The notes beneath the pieces were generated by a model. It did no database searches, was not told the origin of the DNA, and saw nothing but the letters and a program-made list of their open reading frames with translations. Positions 1 through 6,691 of a DNA stretch of 29,789 bases are shown one piece after another; position 1 is the stretch's first letter, and each line of letters begins with the position of its first letter. Origin of the DNA: a virus (Duplodnaviria; Caudoviricetes); IMG/VR virus record IMGVR_UViG_3300043694_000016, positions 1 through 29,789 of that record; one strand, given 5' to 3'. A program made the translations under genes and the position numbers.

Positions 1-80
1 TCATTGTCTGTCATGGTTGCGAGTAAATCCTGAATGAGCCGCCCCTCCTCTTTTTCTCGTTTGCTCATGATTTTTTCCAT
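1..80 (-). CDS. 5' part of a small gene divergent from the repressor (MEKIMSKREKEEGRLIQDLLATMTDN...), probably the first early/lytic gene; runs off the window
   Basis: ATG at 80, GGAG RBS at 94-91, sigmaA promoter upstream. Translated by hand. Confidence 0.65.
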   Translation of the reverse strand, partial: MEKIMSKREKEEGRLIQDLLATMTDN

Positions 81-103
81 TTTCGAAATACTCCAATCGT
101 GAT

Positions 104-146
104 ATATTACAGACAGAAAAAAGTTTTATATAATTGTCTGTAATAT
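104..146. promoter_or_regulatory. Putative operator: perfect 12-bp inverted repeat ATATTACAGACA-N19-TGTCTGTAATAT
   Basis: Arms at 104-115 and 135-146, overlapping the predicted start of the leftward transcript. Confidence 0.55.
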
Positions 147-147
147 G

Positions 148-176
148 ATTTTATGACAGCGAAATCACACCGTCAA
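148..176 (-). promoter_or_regulatory. Leftward sigmaA-type promoter
   Basis: TTGACG (176-171), 17-nt spacer, TAAAAT (153-148). Confidence 0.7.
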
Positions 177-292
177 TCAGATTCTATTAAGTCGATGAGT
201 AATCTATGACAAAAATTTTTAAAAAAAAGGTTTTTCCCTTGAAAATAAAGGCTTTTTCCAAAAAAATCTGATTTTTTTTGAGCCTGGTCCTA

Positions 293-321
293 TTGCTAGA
301 AAATCAGTTTTTCTATATTCT
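293..321 (+). promoter_or_regulatory. Possible sigmaA promoter of the repressor gene
   Basis: TTGCTA (293-298), N17, TATTCT (316-321), followed by an AGGAG RBS. Confidence 0.4.
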
Positions 322-356
322 AGTAATATATACATTTTTTATAGGAGTGATAAAAC

Positions 357-764
357 GTGACATTGATCGAAAAAAGAGATCAGGAGGAGCGCGAGGCTCT
401 CGGCGATCGAATTCGTCAAGTCCGAGAATATTTCCATTTATCTCAGCGAGGACTCGCGAATATCATTCGAATCACCCAGTCGACCGTCGCGCTGTTTGAA
501 AAAGGACATCGACCAGTAAAAGACCTATATATAAAAATGATCTGTAATGAGTATGACGTCAATTATGAATGGTTATCGTCAGGACGTGGCGAAATGTTCC
601 CGCCTGAGACGTTTGAAAAATACGCTCAGACTGAAAATCTATTCGGAATCGATCGCGAAATCGTGAGGACGTATCTCGATCTCGATCAGGGAGTTAAATT
701 GAGAGTGATAGGCGAGTTTTCTCGTTTTTGGATGGACAACAATAAAAAGAAAATTTTAGCATAA
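357..764 (+). CDS. XRE-family HTH transcriptional regulator (CI-like repressor, no S24 autopeptidase domain)
   Basis: LGDRIRQVR..LSQRGLA..I.ITQSTVALFEKG..YDVNYEWL..G.GEMF is a typical HTH_3 pattern. Strong RBS, divergent arrangement. Confidence 0.88.
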   Translation: MTLIEKRDQEEREALGDRIRQVREYFHLSQRGLANIIRITQSTVALFEKGHRPVKDLYIKMICNEYDVNYEWLSSGRGEMFPPETFEKYAQTENLFGIDREIVRTYLDLDQGVKLRVIGEFSRFWMDNNKKKILA

Positions 765-850
765 AAAAAGAGCCCAGGTTCCCACGCCTGGAGCTCGCTT
801 GCTTTTCGTGTTCCACGCCAGGAACAAAACGAAAAATATATAACCAATAT
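762..850 (-). ncRNA. Putative counter-transcribed antisense RNA (~90 nt) against the leader of the replication gene
   Basis: Extended -10 TGATATACT (865-857, minus strand), internal hairpin 802-835, terminal hairpin 770-796 followed by a U7 tract (769-763). Ends are estimates. Confidence 0.55.
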
Positions 851-915
851 AGATCGAGTATATCACATTTTTTCGTTTTGTTCCTAAAAAAATTATTTTT
901 TAGGAGCTAAATATC

Positions 916-2082
916 ATGACATCATTTTTATTAAATAATCGACAAAGACAAAAAAAGTTAGAAACCTACAAAACAAAAAGCGAGATCGATGAGGCGCTTT
1001 CCCTCTTTAAAAAACATTTCAGTCCCGCCGCGTATAAAGTTTTTAAATTTATTTTACATACAAACGGCGTCACTCAGGCGAAATACTCCACGATGAGCGA
1101 AAAAATCGGATACTCCGAATCGTATTTTCATAGAAAAATTATAAAAGAAATAAACGAAAAGTTAGGCGAGAAAATTCTCAAAACGATTCCGACTCAAAAA
1201 TTCGATCATTCAGGCTTAAAAAAAGCTCGAGGCTCATCTTTTAAAATTTTACCTCCATTAGCGAAATTAAAATATTTAATCGAGAAATATGAAAAGAAAA
1301 AAGACTCTGAGCTCCAGGCGGACCTGGAGGATTTTTGCTCGATTCCTGGAGTTGAGAGTTCAGTTGAGAATTCAGTTGAATCCGACGCTGAAATCCCTTC
1401 TCGCTCTAAGACTGAGGACAGTTTTTTCGAGGAGCAAAAAGAATCTTTTAGAGAAAATCTTTCAGAAAATCCTTATAAAGAATTAAATATAAATCCACTT
1501 TTCATCGATAAAAATTTCGGCAAAATCAAAATCAAAAACGCTGTTAAAAATTATTTGAATAATTTCCCTTTATTCCGTGATTTTATGTCCTGGAGTGAAT
1601 CTAAACGATACGAGATCGCGAAAACGATTCAGCTCGCGATTATTAAAACAGATACCGACATCGAGGAGCCGAAACCTCAGCATATGATCAGAAAAGCGAT
1701 AAATCGATTCATGTCAGAATACGCAAATAAGCCGAAATCGGAATTTCTACGCCTTTTATATACTTTCGTATCAAACGCACTGAAAATCGACCAGGAGGAC
1801 GAATCTGAGCGTCCTGAGGACCATTCTGACGAAAGACCGTCCCAGGAGCCGACTCTCCAGTCGCCCGCTGCGGAATATAATGCAGCTTTCCCATCTCGTC
1901 AGTCTTTAGCCTGGGAAGAAATAAAACCGACTTATTATCGCCTCCAGGAAGAAAAAAGGAATAAACAGCGCGATGTCGAAAAGGAAAAAGCTGAGATCGA
2001 TCGAATGATGAGAAAATTATATCCTGAGGATTATGATGAGCCCGCGACGAAAGAGGAGCTTGACGCTCAGGGAGTATATTAA
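916..2082 (+). CDS. Putative replication initiator (N-terminal HTH, acidic linker with iteron-like repeats)
   Basis: HTH-like GVTQAKYSTMSEKIGYSESYFHRKIIKEI, internal 12-bp direct repeats next to an AT-rich tract, structured leader, and a C-terminal 'KEELDAQGVY' tail of a type I recall from Bacillus HTH/Rep proteins. Confidence 0.6.
   Translation: MTSFLLNNRQRQKKLETYKTKSEIDEALSLFKKHFSPAAYKVFKFILHTNGVTQAKYSTMSEKIGYSESYFHRKIIKEINEKLGEKILKTIPTQKFDHSGLKKARGSSFKILPPLAKLKYLIEKYEKKKDSELQADLEDFCSIPGVESSVENSVESDAEIPSRSKTEDSFFEEQKESFRENLSENPYKELNINPLFIDKNFGKIKIKNAVKNYLNNFPLFRDFMSWSESKRYEIAKTIQLAIIKTDTDIEEPKPQHMIRKAINRFMSEYANKPKSEFLRLLYTFVSNALKIDQEDESERPEDHSDERPSQEPTLQSPAAEYNAAFPSRQSLAWEEIKPTYYRLQEEKRNKQRDVEKEKAEIDRMMRKLYPEDYDEPATKEELDAQGVY
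1351..1386 (+). repeat. Three tandem 12-bp direct repeats (GTTGAGAGTTCA, GTTGAGAATTCA, GTTGAATCCGAC); candidate iterons
   Basis: Read directly. Followed by AAAATCTTT-like repeats and AT-rich sequence at ~1436-1570. Confidence 0.5.
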
Positions 2083-2123
2083 AAAAAAATAAAAAAAATC
2101 CTGCTCGAAATCCTCAAAAACTA

Positions 2124-2152
2124 TTGACGTGCGATATCGCATATTATATAAT
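2124..2152 (+). promoter_or_regulatory. Consensus sigmaA promoter with palindromic operator TGCGATATCGCA in the spacer
   Basis: TTGACG (2124-2129), N17, TATAAT (2147-2152). Perfect 12-bp palindrome at 2130-2141. Confidence 0.85.
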
Positions 2153-2252
2153 TATAAATGTTGAGAGGTTAAGCCGATCAGCCGCCCATCGACGGGCGTG
2201 ACTCAGGACGTGACGACTAAGGCTGAGCGATTGAAAATCAGGAGGAAATATC

Positions 2253-2435
2253 ATGACAAGATCGAATTTTTGGAGCGAAAATACAGTAAAAAAAATGACA
2301 GCCGATGAGCTGATCAAATGGAATAATGAGATTTTCGAGAATCTCGAGGCTGCAAAAAAATATAATATGACTTTAAAAAGTGAGCGAGCTTTCAAATTAA
2401 TTCAATCAGAATTAAAGAGACGAAAAATCATCTAA
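2253..2435 (+). CDS. Hypothetical 60-aa protein, first gene of the small-gene operon
   Basis: AGGAGG RBS, ATG, directly downstream of the promoter and leader. Confidence 0.8.
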   Translation: MTRSNFWSENTVKKMTADELIKWNNEIFENLEAAKKYNMTLKSERAFKLIQSELKRRKII

Positions 2436-2452
2436 ATTCAGGAGGGAAAAAC

Positions 2453-2620
2453 GTGGAATTTTTATCGAAAAAAGATATCGAAGTCGTCCAGTCATTGACT
2501 GGAATGACTACTCTTGACGAGGTACTGGAGGACTATTTTCTTTTTTGCTCTTGTGCTGAGCTTGAAATCGGGACGGAATCCTGGACCGAATACAAAGACG
2601 AAACCGAAAATCAGTTTTAA
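2453..2620 (+). CDS. Hypothetical 55-aa strongly acidic protein (not in ORF track)
   Basis: AGGAGGG RBS, GTG start. MEFLSKKDIEVVQSLTGMTTLDEVLEDYFLFCSCAELEIGTESWTEYKDETENQF. Confidence 0.8.
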   Translation: MEFLSKKDIEVVQSLTGMTTLDEVLEDYFLFCSCAELEIGTESWTEYKDETENQF

Positions 2621-2636
2621 GGGAGATTGGAAAAAT

Positions 2637-2891
2637 ATGGACCGGAAATCTTTGATCGAAATAAACATCGAAAAGTCGGTCCTCCGACGAAAAATCGAGA
2701 GAGAGGTCGGCCGACGCGATGACTATATCGCCGAGTATGATCAATTGATCGAAATTTTAAATAATAGAATTTCGACGAATCCGAATCGCGATCCCTGGCT
2801 CATCGCTGAGAGCGCTGTCGATCTCCTGGTGAAAATTGAGAGCGTCGAGGACCTAATCAAAAAATATAAAAAAGACCTGGAGGCGCTGTGA
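2637..2891 (+). CDS. Hypothetical 84-aa helical/coiled-coil protein (start revised from 2514)
   Basis: AAGGGAG RBS before ATG 2637 (MDRKSLIEINIEK...). The upstream extension overlaps the preceding gene. Confidence 0.75.
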   Translation: MDRKSLIEINIEKSVLRRKIEREVGRRDDYIAEYDQLIEILNNRISTNPNRDPWLIAESAVDLLVKIESVEDLIKKYKKDLEAL

Positions 2892-2892
2892 C

Positions 2893-3069
2893 ATGACTGT
2901 ATTTTTTACGGGTCATTATTGTTCGATCTGTCGCGAGTTTTGCGATTTCGAGGGAGGATGGCTGCGAGGCGGGCTCACGGGTCCCTGGTCTCATTGGGTT
3001 TGTATTGACTGTGATGACTGGCTCGATGACATCGCGAGAATCGAGGTAAAAAAAAATGAAAATTCTTGA
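2893..3069 (+). CDS. 58-aa Trp-rich putative zinc-finger protein (CSIC...CIDC; not in ORF track)
   Basis: GGAGG RBS at the end of the previous gene. MTVFFTGHYCSICREFCDFEGGWLRGGLTGPWSHWVCIDCDDWLDDIARIEVKKNENS. Confidence 0.75.
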   Translation: MTVFFTGHYCSICREFCDFEGGWLRGGLTGPWSHWVCIDCDDWLDDIARIEVKKNENS

Positions 3070-3223
3070 TCGAATTATCGGCGTCGAGGAGGCGTCTGAG
3101 CTGTGGAATCTTTCTCCAGGATATATAAAAAATTTATGCGCTGAGGGTAAACTGGAGGCGCGTAAAATCGGAAAAACCTGGATATTATCGAAAGATCAGA
3201 AAAATCCTAAACATAAAAAATAA
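3056..3223 (+). CDS. 55-aa HTH DNA-binding protein (HTH_17/excisionase-like fold); likely operon autoregulator (not in ORF track)
   Basis: GAGGT RBS. MKILDRIIGVEEASELWNLSPGYIKNLCAEGKLEARKIGKTWILSK... shows the EA.ELW.LS...IK.LC.EGKL.A.KIG..W pattern. Confidence 0.85.
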   Translation: MKILDRIIGVEEASELWNLSPGYIKNLCAEGKLEARKIGKTWILSKDQKNPKHKK

Positions 3224-3357
3224 TGAAAAGGCTACCACCTAAACATAATAAAAAAAGTCTCGATTTTTAAACATGATTTTTACAGGAATTGAAAAAAATC
3301 ATATAAAAAAAATAGAGACTTTTTTATAAAAAAAGAGAGAAAAAACCACAAAATTAT

Positions 3358-3385
3358 TTTACACATTGAAACCGATTACTATAAT
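3358..3385 (+). promoter_or_regulatory. sigmaA-type promoter
   Basis: TTTACA (3358-3363), N16, TATAAT (3380-3385). Confidence 0.5.
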
Positions 3386-3428
3386 TATTCCCAGGATAAA
3401 CATTTTTAAACAGAATGGAGTGATTAAC

Positions 3429-3575
3429 GTGATAAAAGTCCGCGTCGAGGCGACTGAGAGCGAGATCGCCCAGGTCGTCGAAATCCTCCAGGAGAGATTC
3501 GAGGACATCGAGATCACTGGAGTCTATGACTTGAAAGGAAATAAGTCTCGAGCCTATATCGATATTAGTCGATAA
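3429..3575 (+). CDS. 48-aa hypothetical phage protein (MIKVRVEATESEI..., reminiscent of DUF3970-type proteins); start revised
   Basis: GGAGTGA RBS before GTG 3429. Confidence 0.65.
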   Translation: MIKVRVEATESEIAQVVEILQERFEDIEITGVYDLKGNKSRAYIDISR

Positions 3576-3725
3576 ATGTAAACTTGTGTACAAAATTGTA
3601 AACATCGACCAGGATAAAAAGCTCCAGGAGCCCACAAAATAACTTTAGTTTGAGAATTGTTGTAGGTCATGTGATATCCTCTTTTAAATAAAATTTTCTA
3701 GTTCAAATTATTATATAATGGCTGC

Positions 3726-3753
3726 AAAAAGGACCGAAAAATCGGTCCTTTTT
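3726..3753. terminator. Bidirectional intrinsic terminator
   Basis: AAAAAGGACCGA-AAAA-TCGGTCCTTTTT, directly after the stop codon of the minus-strand cluster. Confidence 0.85.
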
Positions 3754-3754
3754 A

Positions 3755-3916
3755 TTACTCTTTTTTCTCGTCGATAATTGCTGACTCTCCGCAATCATGA
3801 CAGATCATGACGTTATCAGATTCGACCACATTGTCAGAATAGCAAAACATACAAAGTCCCGCCCTGACTGTCTTATTCCGATGATTTTCCGCCTCTTGCT
3901 TTGCAAAATAGCCCAT
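3755..3916 (-). CDS. 53-aa zinc-ribbon protein (CMFC...CHDC; not in ORF track)
   Basis: GAGGAGG RBS. MGYFAKQEAENHRNKTVRAGLCMFCYSDNVVESDNVMICHDCGESAIIDEKKE. Confidence 0.75.
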   Translation of the reverse strand: MGYFAKQEAENHRNKTVRAGLCMFCYSDNVVESDNVMICHDCGESAIIDEKKE

Positions 3917-3918
3917 CT

Positions 3919-4170
3919 TTATTCCTCCTCGCCGTCGTCATTATCACGAAATAATTCATCGACTATATAGTCAAATAGTTCTGAGTCGCTGAGATAATCC
4001 TGATTTTTGCATTTTGGACAGTAATACAGTCCATATTCTGAGCCGTCCCACGGTTCAAAAAACCATTCAGGGTCGTCCGAATGTTGATCTTTTAAATGTT
4101 GGATATAAGTGTCTACATAAATTTTACAGCTCTCACACATAACGCGCGAGTCTTTCTTTTGAATAAACAT
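3919..4170 (-). CDS. 83-aa acidic putative zinc-binding protein (CESC...CPKC)
   Basis: GAGGGGAG RBS, two CxxC motifs, acidic tail. Confidence 0.75.
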   Translation of the reverse strand: MFIQKKDSRVMCESCKIYVDTYIQHLKDQHSDDPEWFFEPWDGSEYGLYYCPKCKNQDYLSDSELFDYIVDELFRDNDDGEEE

Positions 4171-4195
4171 AAACTATTTTTCTCCCCTCAAAATC

Positions 4196-4426
4196 TCAGA
4201 CAAAATTCCCTTTTATCCTGGTCGCTAGTTTTCCGCCGATCTCCTCGATCGTGATTTTTGCGAGTAAAATCATTCGATCAGTAAAGACGATAATCGTCTC
4301 GAGTTCGGTCTCCTCTTTATTTTTATCTAAGATACTCAGCGCGAAAATCTCTTTTTGTGTCTCTAGTTCTATTGATTCGATAATTGATTCGCCTAAATTC
4401 GGACTCTCCTGATCAAATATTCTCAT
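4196..4426 (-). CDS. Hypothetical 76-aa protein
   Basis: AGAGG RBS, operon context. Confidence 0.7.
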   Translation of the reverse strand: MRIFDQESPNLGESIIESIELETQKEIFALSILDKNKEETELETIIVFTDRMILLAKITIEEIGGKLATRIKGNFV

Positions 4427-4439
4427 CGATTCGCCTCTT

Positions 4440-4607
4440 TTAATTAATCATTTTTTGATCGAATGTCAATTCCTCGATGATTGATTCAATGTCCTCATGA
4501 TCGAGAATCACGATCGAATCCTCCTGGACGATAGCAATATCTTTTTCATGAAATTCGACTCTAGTAATCCCGTTTAATATTAAAATTTTTCGGTTCGTCT
4601 TTTTCAT
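4440..4607 (-). CDS. Hypothetical 55-aa protein (not in ORF track)
   Basis: AGAGGAG RBS. MKKTNRKILILNGITRVEFHEKDIAIVQEDSIVILDHEDIESIIEELTFDQKMIN. Confidence 0.7.
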   Translation of the reverse strand: MKKTNRKILILNGITRVEFHEKDIAIVQEDSIVILDHEDIESIIEELTFDQKMIN

Positions 4608-4676
4608 GACTTTTTTTCTCCTCTGACTCAGTTTTGAATTGAGTTTTTAAATACTGCTGCAAAATCTCGTCGGGAA

Positions 4677-5408
4677 TTAACCAAGATTTTCGGTCCACGT
4701 TCTCGCCTCCTCCTGGAGCTCAGGAGAGCTCTTTTCGGATTTCTCGATAAATAGGTCCTTTTTTTCTTCTCGGCGCGAGGACGCCTCCTCAGTGAGCGTC
4801 AGCGTGAGATAATAATCGGATGACTCGCCGTCGACTAATAACTGGAGTTTTGTAAAAATTTTCGCGAGTTGATCTGCGTCGTAAGTTCCGTTATATTCTA
4901 AGTGTAAGCCGTTTATAATAATTTTTATAGGCGCTTGCTGTGCTGCTGCTGCTGTTTCCTCTTTAACTGGTGTAACGGGCAAAACTGGCGACGGTTGAAT
5001 TTTTTTGACGGTCGCCTCTCTCTTTGTTGGCGCTGGTTTTCTCCTGGTTTTCTTTGCCTGGATGTCTAAATCTTTGATCAGTTTGTGATAGGCGTTATTC
5101 CCTCGAATTCCCATCTGAGACATGATCTCGACATTCGGATATAACTCTCGCCATTTAGTCATCATATTTTTTTGAATCTCTCGATCTTGCTTGAAAAATT
5201 CCTCTTTTGTAATTATTTTTTCATACATATTAAAACTCCTAACTTCTGAATTAAGATTCTTTTTTTCTTTTACTGACATATAGTCATACGGCGTTTTGAG
5301 TCCGTGTGACGTCTTTCCTTTGCCTTTCCCTCTTTGACTAATCGCCTGATTTTTTGCTTTTGTTTTCTCTAAGACATTTTCAAAAAAGCTCCTCTCATAT
5401 GTATTCAA
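4677..5408 (-). CDS. Hypothetical phage protein, possible DNA-binding protein (HTH-like NVEIMSQMGI..NAYHKLIKDL)
   Basis: AAGGGAGG RBS, TTG start, basic N-terminal half, Pro/Ala linker, small C-terminal domain. Confidence 0.7.
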   Translation of the reverse strand: MNTYERSFFENVLEKTKAKNQAISQRGKGKGKTSHGLKTPYDYMSVKEKKNLNSEVRSFNMYEKIITKEEFFKQDREIQKNMMTKWRELYPNVEIMSQMGIRGNNAYHKLIKDLDIQAKKTRRKPAPTKREATVKKIQPSPVLPVTPVKEETAAAAQQAPIKIIINGLHLEYNGTYDADQLAKIFTKLQLLVDGESSDYYLTLTLTEEASSRREEKKDLFIEKSEKSSPELQEEARTWTENLG

Positions 5409-5531
5409 GTTTTCGCCTCCCTTTTCGCCTGATTGAGAGAAAAAAAGCGCGCCCTATGAATACATTATCATAAAATTGTCAGTAAATTTACTATTTTTAT
5501 TGCCGTGTCATTAAAAATTAATACTCAAAAT

Positions 5532-5559
5532 AAAAAATCGCCTATAAAAATAGGCGATT
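5532..5559 (-). terminator. Intrinsic terminator after the amidase
   Basis: AATCGCCTAT-N4-ATAGGCGATT stem with a U tract on the minus strand. Confidence 0.75.
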
Positions 5560-6235
5560 AACTCTCGACGATGATCGTCGGATATCCTTTTGTTTTGAGT
5601 TCTGCTGCCAGGCTCTCGGCGTTCTTTCGATCTGAAAACGCTCCGACTTGTACTTTAAAAAGCGCGCCTCCTGGAGACTGAGCTCCTGACGTTTTTCGCT
5701 TGAGATTCAGCGCCTTTTCAAGTCCGTCGACGTGTCCTCTCGCTAGTTTGTCCAGGAATGAGGCGTCTTTTAATTTCGCCGCGTCTCCTGAGGTATCAAT
5801 GAATAAATTCTCGGTTAAAAGTGCGGACATATTGGATTCTCTCAAGACGTGGAGGTCTTTTTCTTTCATCCCGCGATCGTCGGTCCCCGTGATTTCTTTC
5901 ATGATCTCCGAATGAATATTTTTTTGAGCCTCTTTTGTTTTGCTGTCCGATTTCGGATAAATATAAGACTCGAATCCGTCGCCTCCGCCCGCGTTACAAT
6001 GGATTGAAAGAAAATAATTCGCTCCCCAGGAATTCGCGTCGTTTGTGCGATCTGAGAGCGTCGGGAAGGTGTCTCCAGTTCGGCTCATCTTGATCGCGAG
6101 ATCATCATACTCAGCCGCCAGGATGTCCCTGATTTTCTTTCCGAGCGTCAGCGCGATGTCTTTCTCCTGGATTCCATTCCCGACGGCTCCAGGGTCCTTT
6201 CCGCCGTGTCCTGGGTCTATATAAATTTTAATCAT
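5558..6235 (-). CDS. N-acetylmuramoyl-L-alanine amidase (Amidase_3 + SPOR domain), CwlC-like endolysin
   Basis: IDPGHGG.DPGA..NG..EK, FLSIHCN, LLTENLFID catalytic motifs. C-terminal FKVQVGAFS...NA..L...L...GY is SPOR-like. Confidence 0.95.
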   Translation of the reverse strand: MIKIYIDPGHGGKDPGAVGNGIQEKDIALTLGKKIRDILAAEYDDLAIKMSRTGDTFPTLSDRTNDANSWGANYFLSIHCNAGGGDGFESYIYPKSDSKTKEAQKNIHSEIMKEITGTDDRGMKEKDLHVLRESNMSALLTENLFIDTSGDAAKLKDASFLDKLARGHVDGLEKALNLKRKTSGAQSPGGALFKVQVGAFSDRKNAESLAAELKTKGYPTIIVES

Positions 6236-6546
6236 TTTTCGTCCTCCCTAACATTTTTTTTAATCGTTTCGATCTGTTTGTCCGCCTGATTGAGCTTTTC
6301 ATCCAGGCGCGCGACGAATAAACTGATTTCGGTCCATCGTCTTTCATTGTTTCTCAGATCGACGATCATCCCGTCGACCAGGCGAAAAATATTATCGAGT
6401 TTTGTTTCGATGACTGCTCCTGAGCTTGCCTCTCTTTTGACCTCTTTATCACGATTCAGGCGAAAAGTCAGGAATCCAGTCAGGAGCCCGAATCCCGTAC
6501 AAATTAAGCCCGTGATCGCGATTAATACTCCGATCTCGATACTCAT
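6232..6546 (-). CDS. N-terminally membrane-anchored coiled-coil lysis accessory protein (XhlA-like position)
   Basis: One N-terminal hydrophobic helix then heptads. ATGA overlap with the amidase. Confidence 0.7.
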   Translation of the reverse strand: MSIEIGVLIAITGLICTGFGLLTGFLTFRLNRDKEVKREASSGAVIETKLDNIFRLVDGMIVDLRNNERRWTEISLFVARLDEKLNQADKQIETIKKNVREDEK

Positions 6547-6567
6547 TTTCTCGCCTCTCCTTATATC

Positions 6568-6595
6568 AAAATATGTTGTCCCTCATATTCTGTGT
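6568..6595 (-). promoter_or_regulatory. Possible sigmaK-type sporulation promoter for the accessory gene and amidase
   Basis: ACACA (6595-6591), N15, CATATTTT (6575-6568), resembling the sigmaK consensus AC-N16-CATAnnnT. Confidence 0.4.
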
Positions 6596-6654
6596 ATTTT
6601 TGGAAATAATAATCTTTGTCAAGATTTCCCCTCTAAAAATTGTAACCTCCGAAT

Positions 6655-6691
6655 AAAAAAAAGCGCCCGACGTGAATCGGACGCTTTTTTT
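6655..6691. terminator. Bidirectional intrinsic terminator after the RHH gene
   Basis: A-run, AGCGCCCGA-CGTGAA-TCGGACGCT, T-run. Confidence 0.75.

Noticed and set aside
278-499. 73-aa ORF overlapping the repressor start
   Set aside because: It spans the promoter and RBS of the repressor in another frame and has no RBS of its own.
2160-2245. Leader as a tRNA, hammerhead ribozyme or known riboswitch
   Set aside because: No T-loop or CCA end, no CUGANGA core, and no aptamer consensus that I recognise.
2514-2636. N-terminal 'signal peptide' extension of ORF 2514-2891
   Set aside because: It overlaps the RBS-supported 2453-2620 gene in another frame. ATG 2637 has its own RBS.
3056-3223. HTH as an excisionase marking an att/integrase module
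   Set aside because: No integrase in the window. Its terminal position in an operon with an operator fits an autoregulator better, though the fold is shared.
3554-3670. 38-aa minus-strand ORF (MTYNNSQTK...) with a GAGGA RBS, considered as a type I toxin
   Set aside because: No clear TM helix, it lies behind a terminator, overlaps the convergent gene, and has no convincing -35. Not supportable as a feature.
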